Origin: Candidatus Eiseniibacteriota bacterium
Lineage (GTDB): Bacteria; Eisenbacteria; RBG-16-71-46
Assembly: GCA_031370785.1 (NCBI GenBank)
Contig: JANMQY010000061.1
Span: 1 to 64,000, forward strand
Reading direction: 5' to 3'
DNA length: 64,000 nt
Every line of letters begins with the position of its first letter. Position 1 is the stretch's first letter. A program made the position numbers and the translations under genes. The notes below the pieces were generated by a model. That model searched no databases. It was not told where the DNA came from and saw only the letters and a program-made list of their open reading frames with translations. Of this stretch, positions 27,611 through 35,531 are shown in pieces.

Positions 27611-28099
27611 ATGACCTCGCCGTCGGATGGTGGTGGGAACTCACCGCCCAACGATCCGGCTTCGGCAGTATCGCGACCGCCTTCCGCAGTCTCGCCTGAC
27701 GGCGACTCGAAGCCGGTTCCCAGGCGAGGGAGGCGGATTCTCATCGTCGAGGATAATCGCGATTCCGCCGAGACCCTTCGGCTGCTGCTCGAGATGTTCG
27801 GCGATACGGTCCGCACCGCCTACCAGGGCACGCAGGCAATCACCATCGCGCGCGAGTTCGACCCTGATGTCGTGCTGTGCGACATCAGCCTTCCCGGCGA
27901 GATGGACGGCAATGCGGTGGCTCGCGTCCTTCGCGCGGAGGCGGTGGGTCCCGCGCTGCTTCTGATCGCGATGAGCGGCTACGACAGTGGTGAGGATAGC
28001 CAGCGCGCCTTGAATTCCGGGTTCAACGCCTATCTCCCCAAGCCGGTCGAGTTCTCGATACTCCAGGCATTGCTCGACAAGGTTCCCGGGACGACGTAG
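27611..28099 (+). CDS. Single-domain response regulator
   Basis: ILIVEDN, VVLCDISLP, AMSGY, YLPKPV; start uncertain. Confidence 0.8.
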   Translation: MTSPSDGGGNSPPNDPASAVSRPPSAVSPDGDSKPVPRRGRRILIVEDNRDSAETLRLLLEMFGDTVRTAYQGTQAITIAREFDPDVVLCDISLPGEMDGNAVARVLRAEAVGPALLLIAMSGYDSGEDSQRALNSGFNAYLPKPVEFSILQALLDKVPGTT

Positions 28100-28130
28100 C
28101 GGCTGCTGGTGGGAAGAGGCGCGTGACTGC

Positions 28131-30794
28131 TCACGCCGCGGCGGGTGCGTCTCCCACGGGCGCAGTCGATGTCATGGGATGGGTCGCGGCGTCTCCGGCG
28201 AGCCTGGCGACCGCAGCCGAGAGCTCTGCCGGCTCGACCGGCTTCGACAGATGCAGCTGGAACCCGGCTTGGAGCGCCAGCTCGCGGTCCTCCTGCCTCG
28301 CGAACGCGGTGAGTGCGATCGCCGGGATGTGCTCGCCGTGCTCGCCGTCTTCGATCTGCCGAATCGTCCGGATGAGCTCGTACCCATCATGGCCGGGCAT
28401 TCCGATGTCGCTGACCAGGACCTGCGGCCGGAAGCTCTGGTAGGTGGCGAGGGCATCGGACACGGTGTTGGCTGCAACGACTTCGGCCCCCTGCTCGGTC
28501 AGCACGCGTTGCAGCAGCTCACATGCATCGCGCTCGTCGTCGACCACTAGGATCCTGAGTCCCGCCACGCCGGCCGGTCGGACTTTGTCGCGGCGCTTCC
28601 TCGGCGGAATGGTCTGCCGGAGGGGCCGCTCCACTTCGTAGCTCCCGCTCTGCGACGAGTGCAGGGGCAGCTCGATGGAGAACGTTGCGCCCTCCCCTTC
28701 GCCGGGGCTGACCGCGTGCACGTGTCCGCCATGCAGCTCGACCAGGTTCCGCACGATGGCGAGACCGATTCCAAGCCCGCCCTGGCGGCGCGTGGTCGAC
28801 GCATCCTGCTGGCGAAAGCGCTCGAACACGAAGGGAAGGAATTCGGGCGAGATCCCCTGCCCGGTGTCGCGCACGCTGATCTCGATGTGATCCGCGGCGC
28901 GGGAGACGCGCACCTCGATCTCGCCGCCCGAAGGCGTGAACTTGATCGCGTTCGAAAGCAGATTCCAGATCGCCTGCTGCAGGCGCTGCGCGTCGCCCTG
29001 AACCGGCCCGGTCGACGGATCGAACCAGGCAGTAATCCGGGTGGACTTCGATTCGGCCGCTGGCCGCACAACGTCGATCGCCGCTTCCACGACGGCCCTC
29101 GGATCGATCTGCTTCATGTCGAGCTGCATCTTGCCCTGCACGATCCGACTCATGTCGAGCAGGTCCTCGATGAGCCGCTTCTGCAGAGTCACGTTTCGCT
29201 CGATGATCTCGAGACCGTGTCTGGCCTGGGCCGCATCGAGTTGATCGGTGCCGAGCAGCCTTGTCCAGCCGAGCATCGCCTGCAGAGGCGTACGCAGCTC
29301 GTGCGAGAGCGTCGTCAGGAACTCGTCTTTGATCCGGCTGATGCGTTCCGCTTCGCTCCGCGCGAGTCGCTCGCTCTCGAGCAACCGCTCGCGCTGCTCT
29401 TCCGCACGTTTGCGATCCGAGATGTCGATGCAGGATCCGATGTAGCCGTTGAACTCTCCACGCTGACCGTAGAGCGGCACGGCGTTGTCCAGCATCCAGC
29501 GCCATTCGTCGTCGTATCTGCGGAGCCGATACTCCATGGTGAACGGGCGACGTTCCGCAAAGGCGGCGGCATAGGTTTCCTTGCAGCGCTCCAGGTCGTT
29601 CGGATGGATGCCGTCCATCCAGCCATAGCCCAGCTCCTGGGTCATGGTGCGCCCGGTGAATTCCTTCCACGGGCGGCTGAACCAGGTGAATTGCCGGTCC
29701 GGACCGCTCATCCAGACCAGGACCGCGGCGCTGTCGGCCATCAGCTGGAAGCGCTTCTCCGTCGCCTGCAGCGCCGACTGCGCCTTTCTCAGCTCCGACA
29801 GATCCTGCACGACCGCCAGGACGCGCAGCGGGCGCCCGTGGGCCTCACGGATCAGGGTCGCGGTGATGTGCACCGAGACCGGCTGCCCGTCCGGGCGAAC
29901 CAGATGGGTCTCGATCGGCGCGAGCCCGGTTTCACCCCTCGCGAGAGCCTCCAGCCGGATCCGCTCGCTCTCGGGCGAACCCCGAGGAATCAGTGAGGCG
30001 AACGTGCGGCCGACCAGCTCATCCTCGGAGAATGCGGTGATCTCGCACATCTTGGGATTGACACGAAGGAAGCGGCCCGAGGGCACCTCGATCTGGACGT
30101 GCCCGATGCCCACGCATTCGAAAGTCGCGCGGAATTCCTCGACGCGCGCGCGAATCTCCTTCTCGATTCGTCGTCGATCGCTGATGTCCCGGATGAACGC
30201 GCTGAAGAAGGTGTCTCCGTGTCCAATCGCGGCAAGCGCGATCTCGATCGGAAACTCCTCCCCATCGCGGCGGAGTCCGCAGAGCTCGATGCGACGATCC
30301 AGGATCGGGGAGTGCCCGGTCGCTCTGAATTCCTCGAGGCCGCTCAGGAAGGCCGCGCGATCCTGGGGCGCGAGCAGGCTCTCGTGCAGCAGGCAGCCGA
30401 GGATCTCCGTTCCCGATCGGCCGAACATCTTCTCCGCCTTGCGATTCCATCCGGTGACCCGCCCCGTGGAATCCGTGCTGATCACCGCATCGAGCGTGCT
30501 CTCGAGAATCCGGCGAGTGGTCTCCTGGTTTTCGATCTGGGCCCGCGCGAGCTGTTCGGCACTGAGCTTCGCGTCCGCCGCCGCCGCACGTTGGTGGGAT
30601 TCGGCACGATAGAGATTGAGCAGCGTCCTTCGCAGCGCAAGCACCATCACCGCCAACAGAACCAGGGCGACGCTTCCGATCACTGCCACCCACCGGTGCG
30701 CCACGATCGCGCCAATGCTGGTGGCGGTCGCGATGAGAGCCATCGCGACGAAACCACCGATCATGCGGCGATCGAACGACCAGAATCGCGCCAT
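28131..30794 (-). CDS. Hybrid sensor histidine kinase (TM, 3x PAS, HisKA, HATPase, REC)
   Basis: PAS/PAC motifs, TLSHELRTPL, WNLLSNAIKFT, DTGQGI, GGLGIGLAI, LVSDIGMP. Confidence 0.93.
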   Translation of the reverse strand: MARFWSFDRRMIGGFVAMALIATATSIGAIVAHRWVAVIGSVALVLLAVMVLALRRTLLNLYRAESHQRAAAADAKLSAEQLARAQIENQETTRRILESTLDAVISTDSTGRVTGWNRKAEKMFGRSGTEILGCLLHESLLAPQDRAAFLSGLEEFRATGHSPILDRRIELCGLRRDGEEFPIEIALAAIGHGDTFFSAFIRDISDRRRIEKEIRARVEEFRATFECVGIGHVQIEVPSGRFLRVNPKMCEITAFSEDELVGRTFASLIPRGSPESERIRLEALARGETGLAPIETHLVRPDGQPVSVHITATLIREAHGRPLRVLAVVQDLSELRKAQSALQATEKRFQLMADSAAVLVWMSGPDRQFTWFSRPWKEFTGRTMTQELGYGWMDGIHPNDLERCKETYAAAFAERRPFTMEYRLRRYDDEWRWMLDNAVPLYGQRGEFNGYIGSCIDISDRKRAEEQRERLLESERLARSEAERISRIKDEFLTTLSHELRTPLQAMLGWTRLLGTDQLDAAQARHGLEIIERNVTLQKRLIEDLLDMSRIVQGKMQLDMKQIDPRAVVEAAIDVVRPAAESKSTRITAWFDPSTGPVQGDAQRLQQAIWNLLSNAIKFTPSGGEIEVRVSRAADHIEISVRDTGQGISPEFLPFVFERFRQQDASTTRRQGGLGIGLAIVRNLVELHGGHVHAVSPGEGEGATFSIELPLHSSQSGSYEVERPLRQTIPPRKRRDKVRPAGVAGLRILVVDDERDACELLQRVLTEQGAEVVAANTVSDALATYQSFRPQVLVSDIGMPGHDGYELIRTIRQIEDGEHGEHIPAIALTAFARQEDRELALQAGFQLHLSKPVEPAELSAAVARLAGDAATHPMTSTAPVGDAPAAA

Positions 30795-31168
30795 TCAGTG
30801 CCCTGCCAATGTCCCGATGAGCAGACGCCGCCAGGAAAGCAGCCGGCGTCGAGACGTGAAGCAAACTTCCCGAAGACTGAGAGAAGCGCGCGATCGGGGT
30901 TCATCGATCTTGCTCGCGGTTCTTCGGGGCCAGATCCGGTAAGGGCGCCGGCGGATCCTGTGCGCGCTCGCCGGATTCGACAACATGGGTCGGTAATGAG
31001 ATCGAGACGGGCATGCCGACAGCAGACCATCCCGTCTTGAAACCCCGCGCACGGTCGGGGCGTGCCGCACCGGCCGGGGGGCCGTGCGATTCCGGGAGTA
31101 GAAGCGGCGAGGCTTTCGGAACCCTCGATCTGGATCCGGTCCAGCACCGCCTCTCTCCCTACAGCTGG

Positions 31169-31384
31169 CTACTTCTCGTCCTCCTCGTCTGCCCGGCCTC
31201 GAGTGTCGGGGTCTTCGCGTTCCGTTCCTGCCGTATCGGACTCGTTGTCGACGTCGCCGTTCCAGACCTGGGATTCATTCGCGGGGGTCGTCCGCGAACG
31301 GTCCTTGTGCGACGGGTTCTCCGGGCGACGGCGGTGCACCTTCTCGCGGCGCTTCTGCGAACTACTTTCCCTGGGCTGGCTCAT
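31169..31384 (-). CDS. Small hydrophilic, likely disordered hypothetical protein
   Basis: GAGGAGG RBS; charged 71 aa; follows csbD. Confidence 0.55.
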   Translation of the reverse strand: MSQPRESSSQKRREKVHRRRPENPSHKDRSRTTPANESQVWNGDVDNESDTAGTEREDPDTRGRADEEDEK

Positions 31385-31436
31385 CAGTCCTCCTCGATCG
31401 AACCTGTTGCCTTGATGACCAGCGGCCTTTGGGCGC

Positions 31437-31646
31437 CTAGCGACGGATCTCCTCGCGGCTGAGCCATTCCTTCACCGCGCGTTCGGCTTCCTCACGCTCC
31501 ATTCCGTAGCGATGCTGAATCCGACCGATCAGCTGTTCACGTCTTCCCTGGATGATGTCCAGGTCGTCGTCGGTCAGCATTCCCCATTCCTCGAGAATCC
31601 GCCCCTTGGCCTGCTTCCAGTTGCCCGATACCTCGTCCCAGTTCAT
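31437..31646 (-). CDS. csbD: CsbD/YjbJ family stress protein
   Basis: MNWDEVSGNWKQAKGRILEEWGMLTDDDLDIIQGRREQLIGRIQHRYG; AAGGAG RBS. Confidence 0.93.
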   Translation of the reverse strand: MNWDEVSGNWKQAKGRILEEWGMLTDDDLDIIQGRREQLIGRIQHRYGMEREEAERAVKEWLSREEIRR

Positions 31647-31725
31647 GAAACATCTCCTTTCACGATCTGCGGCCCTCACGCCGCTCTCGTTTCGCTCAAG
31701 AAGACTTTTCGGACTCCGGAACGCT

Positions 31726-31878
31726 TCAGGCGAGCGGACGACGTCCCTGGATGATCCGGATCAGGACCGTCGCGATCGCAAGGGCGAGCAGAATGTGAAT
31801 GAATCCACCCATCGTGTACGACGTCACCATGCCGAGCAGCCAGAGCACCGTGAGCACAACGAAGATTGTCCAGAGCAT
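31726..31878 (-). CDS. lmo0937-family small membrane protein, 50 aa; not in ORF track
   Basis: Translated by hand: MLWTIFVVLTVLWLLGMVTSYTMGGFIHILLALAIATVLIRIIQGRRPLA; GGAGGAGG RBS. Confidence 0.88.
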   Translation of the reverse strand: MLWTIFVVLTVLWLLGMVTSYTMGGFIHILLALAIATVLIRIIQGRRPLA

Positions 31879-31965
31879 TTGAGGGCCTCCTCCGATTTTT
31901 TTTGATCTAACGGGGGAGCGAACCGCCTTTCACGCCGACCTTTCGCTCTCCGCCTGGGGCATAAG

Positions 31966-31980
31966 GCACCTTCTGTGCCA
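31966..31980 (-). promoter_or_regulatory. sigma54 -24/-12 promoter for the lmo0937-csbD operon
   Basis: Minus strand TGGCACAGAAGGTGC. Confidence 0.7.
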
Positions 31981-32076
31981 GAGAGAGCACGGGCGCGAGA
32001 TCGGTGTGATGCAACGGACTTGCGGCGGCGCGGGGATCTCGACTCGGCGCGAGCGGGAAGGGATGATGCCGACATT

Positions 32077-32089
32077 TGTAGACGGTACA
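32077..32089. promoter_or_regulatory. Palindromic enhancer (UAS) candidate TGTA-N5-TACA
   Basis: TGTAGACGGTACA, ~98 bp upstream of the -24 element, in the divergent gap before the activator gene. Confidence 0.6.
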
Positions 32090-32277
32090 CCGGACACGCA
32101 GCGGCGTCGGAGGGTCCGGTTCAGGCGCTTCCGGCGGGATTTGTCGCCTGGTTGCGCGCAGGCGGCCCGGTTGAGCATACTTCCCGTCGGCTGCTCCCTG
32201 AGGTGGTGCCCATGCCACCCGCTTCACCGCCGCCCGGTTCCGCGAGCGAGTGACCGACCTAGAATCGAGAAGAGTCC

Positions 32278-33618
32278 ATGCTTCGAGCCCTGATCGTCGA
32301 CGACGACGTTGATTTCGCCAAGAGCCTTGCCGCGCTGGTCGAGCGCGAAGGCTTCTCGGTTTCCACCGCCTCGAGCATCAAGGAGGCGCGAGCCAGCATC
32401 GCAAACGGCCCCCCGGTGCTAATCACGGCCGACCTCCATCTTCCGGATGGAAGCGGCATCGACCTGCTGCGCGAGGTCGAATCCGTCGCCGATTGCGACG
32501 TGGTGGTGATCTCCGGTCAGGCGACGCTCGACTCCGCGATCGAAGCCCTGCGGCTCGGCGCGCTCGACTACCTCACCAAGCCGCTCCACATGCCGCGGCT
32601 GAAGACCATCCTCGGGCACGTCACCCGCGCACGCGCGCTGAAGGAGGAGATCGGTTCGCTGCGGCATGAGCTGCGGAAGTTCGGGCGCTTCGGTCCTCTG
32701 GTCGGGAACTCTCCGGCGATGCAGAAGGTCTACGACCTGATCTCGAGAGTGGCGCCGACCCAGGCGTCGGTCTTCATCACCGGCGAGAGCGGAACGGGCA
32801 AGGAACTTGCCGCCCAGACCATCCATGAGTTGAGTCGCCGGCGGACGCAGCCCTTCATCCCGATCAACTGCGGCGCCATGCCCCCGACCCTGATCGAGAG
32901 CGAGCTGTTCGGCCACGAGCGTGGCAGCTTCACCGGCGCGACGCAGATGCGCCGCGGCTACTTCGAGCGCGCATCGGGCGGCACTCTGTTCCTCGATGAG
33001 ATCACCGAGATGCCGTTCGAGCTGCAGGTGAAGCTGCTGCGCGTGCTCGAGACCGGCAAGCTGATGCGGGTCGGCGGCGACGAGGCGATTCCGGTCGACG
33101 TTCGCATCATCGCCGCAACCAATCGTCAGCCGGAGCAGGCGGTTCAGGACGGAAAGCTTCGCGAAGACCTGCTCTATCGGCTGAACGTGTTCCCGATCGC
33201 GCTGCCACCGTTGAGGGACCGCCGTGAAGATGCGCTGCTCCTCGCGGAGAGTTTCCTTCAGGATCTGAATCAGGCCGAGGAGACCACGAAGACTTTCAGC
33301 GAGGAATGCCGGGATCAGTTCCTGTCGCGCTCGTGGCCCGGCAATGTGCGCGAGCTGAAGAACGAGGTCCACCGCTCCTTCATCATGGCTGAGGACGTCA
33401 TCGATCTGCTCACGGATGCGCCGCCACGTCCGGCTCCTCCGGCCGCCGACGGACCCATCAAGACGATTCAGGTCGGAACCTCTCTCGCCCAGGTCGAGCG
33501 ACAGCTCATCCTCGCAACCCTCGAACATTGCGGGAACGACAAGCGGAAGGCGTCGGCGATTCTGGGAATCAGCCTGAAGACGCTCTACAACCGCCTCAAC
33601 GTCTACGAAGCCGTCTGA
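32278..33618 (+). CDS. sigma54-dependent NtrC-family response regulator (REC, AAA+, Fis HTH)
   Basis: [53 protein letters not shown]. Confidence 0.95.
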   Translation: MLRALIVDDDVDFAKSLAALVEREGFSVSTASSIKEARASIANGPPVLITADLHLPDGSGIDLLREVESVADCDVVVISGQATLDSAIEALRLGALDYLTKPLHMPRLKTILGHVTRARALKEEIGSLRHELRKFGRFGPLVGNSPAMQKVYDLISRVAPTQASVFITGESGTGKELAAQTIHELSRRRTQPFIPINCGAMPPTLIESELFGHERGSFTGATQMRRGYFERASGGTLFLDEITEMPFELQVKLLRVLETGKLMRVGGDEAIPVDVRIIAATNRQPEQAVQDGKLREDLLYRLNVFPIALPPLRDRREDALLLAESFLQDLNQAEETTKTFSEECRDQFLSRSWPGNVRELKNEVHRSFIMAEDVIDLLTDAPPRPAPPAADGPIKTIQVGTSLAQVERQLILATLEHCGNDKRKASAILGISLKTLYNRLNVYEAV

Positions 33619-33776
33619 TCGCGCCGGGCAGAGCCTCTCTCTCCTGGCACTTTCCTGCCTGCGCAGAGTTCGCGAGATCCCGGCCCGTCGCCCCGGCGGC
33701 CGACGCTGCGCGTGAAACGCTCCGCACCTCCGCTCGCCTCGAGTCGACACCTCGCTGAACCGGGGCGTCCGGCTTT

Positions 33777-33791
33777 TGGTCCGCTTGTTGC
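33777..33791 (+). promoter_or_regulatory. Possible sigma54 -24/-12 promoter
   Basis: TGGTCCGCTTGTTGC(T), 80 bp before ATG 33872. Confidence 0.5.
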
Positions 33792-33871
33792 TGGGATCAC
33801 ACAGCGCGATCGGCCCCGGTTGGCTAACACCGCACAACTACGACTGAATCGCGCTCGAGAAGGAGATCCGA

Positions 33872-34270
33872 ATGCCCGTCATTGTCCAAGTCTGCGTTGT
33901 CATTGTAACAATCGCCATCGTCACTCTGGCGATCTATGCCATACGGCTCATGAAGTCGGTGAATGCGACGCTGGCGAGTGTTGACGAGCTCGTCGAGAGC
34001 TTCCGCGGGACTCCGGAGAGAATCCGAGATGTGCTGGGCACCGTGGAAGAGGTGGCAAACTCGGCGCGAACCATGGTCGCCGGCGTGAAGGATGTCGTCG
34101 GGTACGCGACCGACATCTCGGCTTCGGTGATCGATGAAGTCGCCAAGCCCGTGCTCGGGGCGGTCGCCGTCCTTCGTGGGCTGCGCACAGGGACGAAGTT
34201 TCTGCTGGAACGCTTTACAAACGGACCTTCAAGAACGCGCCGCTACAACCAGGGAGGCAATCATGTCTGA
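33872..34270 (+). CDS. DUF948/YtxG-like membrane coiled-coil protein
   Basis: N-terminal TM then amphipathic helix; AAGGAG RBS; overlaps the YtxH-like gene. Confidence 0.6.
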   Translation: MPVIVQVCVVIVTIAIVTLAIYAIRLMKSVNATLASVDELVESFRGTPERIRDVLGTVEEVANSARTMVAGVKDVVGYATDISASVIDEVAKPVLGAVAVLRGLRTGTKFLLERFTNGPSRTRRYNQGGNHV

Positions 34271-34556
34271 ACGTCAGGGTGGTTCTGTTGTGACCGGACT
34301 CTTGATCGGCACTGCGATCGGCGCAGGCCTCGCGCTGTTGCTGGCTCCGGCGAGCGGGGTGGAAACGCGCCGCCGTCTTGGAGAGACCACGAAGCAGCTG
34401 AAGGATGGAGCGCAGGACAAGCTGAACCAGGTGAAGCAGACCTTCAGCAAGGACGGCGCGAAGCCCAGAGACATCGGCACCGGCTCGTTCGCGGACGGTC
34501 GCGACGACTTCCGTCGCACCTCTCCTCAGCAGCCGATCGGAAGCCGTACCACGTAG
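34263..34556 (+). CDS. YtxH domain-containing protein
   Basis: GLLIGTAIGAGLALLLAPASGVETRRRL; GGGAGG RBS. Confidence 0.85.
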   Translation: MSERQGGSVVTGLLIGTAIGAGLALLLAPASGVETRRRLGETTKQLKDGAQDKLNQVKQTFSKDGAKPRDIGTGSFADGRDDFRRTSPQQPIGSRTT

Positions 34557-34637
34557 TCGGAGGGCTTCCGACCAGATCACCAGGTTGTCCGAGGGTTCCG
34601 GAGTTGAGTCGAGGCGAGGCAGGGGGGCGTCGACGGC

Positions 34638-35366
34638 TCACTCCGGACCTTCGACATTTTCTGCGGCAGTAATGCCGTGCGCCGCCGCTCGAGCAGATGA
34701 GATGGACGCGGGACCCGGCGCCGAGTCACCCGACCGCACCCGCCGCGAATTCAGCACTTCCCGGATGCGCTTCGCCATTCTGGCAGCAAGTCCGGCGACC
34801 TCGTGCGCGTAGGTCTGGACCTCGCCACTGCTCTTTCCCCGGATCAACTCCGCGTAGTTGGTGATCGCGGCGAGCGGCTGCACCAGATCGTGGGAGATCT
34901 GCCTCAACTCGCGCTCGACCTGAGATGGCGGCTCGGCTCGGTCGGCTGCGCTCGCAATCCTCTCTTCCGTGCCGGTACCGGCTCCGGAAATCTCGGCTCG
35001 CAGGGTTTCGATCAGCCGCGCGTTGCACTCGGCGCGGGCTCGCTCCAACGCGGCGAACAGCCAGCCCAGAACGAGCAGGCCGCACAAGCCTGAAAAGAGC
35101 AGGTTGGCCCCGGTCATGACCCACCCTGCCTCGACGAACCAGCTCGGCGCGGCGATCGCGGCCGCGCCACCCAGAGCCAACACCAGCCCGACTCCTCGAC
35201 CGCGCACCCAGGTGCCGAGGACGGTTGCCAGGAGGAGCGCGGTGGGAATCAACGGACGAAGGGAGGGCATCCAGACCATGCCCGCGAAGGCCAGAACGAC
35301 GGACGCCCCCGCAATGGCATAGTCCAGGGCTCGCGACCAGGTGGATCGAGTCGTGGATGGGCTCAC
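34638..35366 (-). CDS. Membrane protein with HisKA (phospho-acceptor) domain but no ATPase domain
   Basis: ~4 TM segments, then ISHDLVQPLAAITNYAELIR; ends without N/G boxes. Confidence 0.6.
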   Translation of the reverse strand: MSPSTTRSTWSRALDYAIAGASVVLAFAGMVWMPSLRPLIPTALLLATVLGTWVRGRGVGLVLALGGAAAIAAPSWFVEAGWVMTGANLLFSGLCGLLVLGWLFAALERARAECNARLIETLRAEISGAGTGTEERIASAADRAEPPSQVERELRQISHDLVQPLAAITNYAELIRGKSSGEVQTYAHEVAGLAARMAKRIREVLNSRRVRSGDSAPGPASISSARAAAHGITAAENVEGPE

Positions 35367-35455
35367 TCGGGCAGCCTGACATTGCCCCGACCTGAGTTCA
35401 ACGGCCCTTTCACTCCCCCCCGAGTCGGCCTTCCCTGCCTGATCGTCCGGCGGTA

Positions 35456-35461
35456 TATAAT
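35456..35461 (+). promoter_or_regulatory. Possible sigma70 -10 box
   Basis: Perfect TATAAT in a GC-rich intergenic region ~70 bp before the probable start; no convincing -35. Confidence 0.3.
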
Positions 35462-35531
35462 CTTGCCGTCCTTTCTTGCGCTCCCGGCTGACGGCTCGGG
35501 CGAGCCGGACGATGGCGTTCCGATTCGCGCG

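Noticed and set aside
33645..33658. TGGCACTTTCCTGC, sigma54-like
   Set aside because: Only 9 nt between GG and GC; sigma54 spacing is strict
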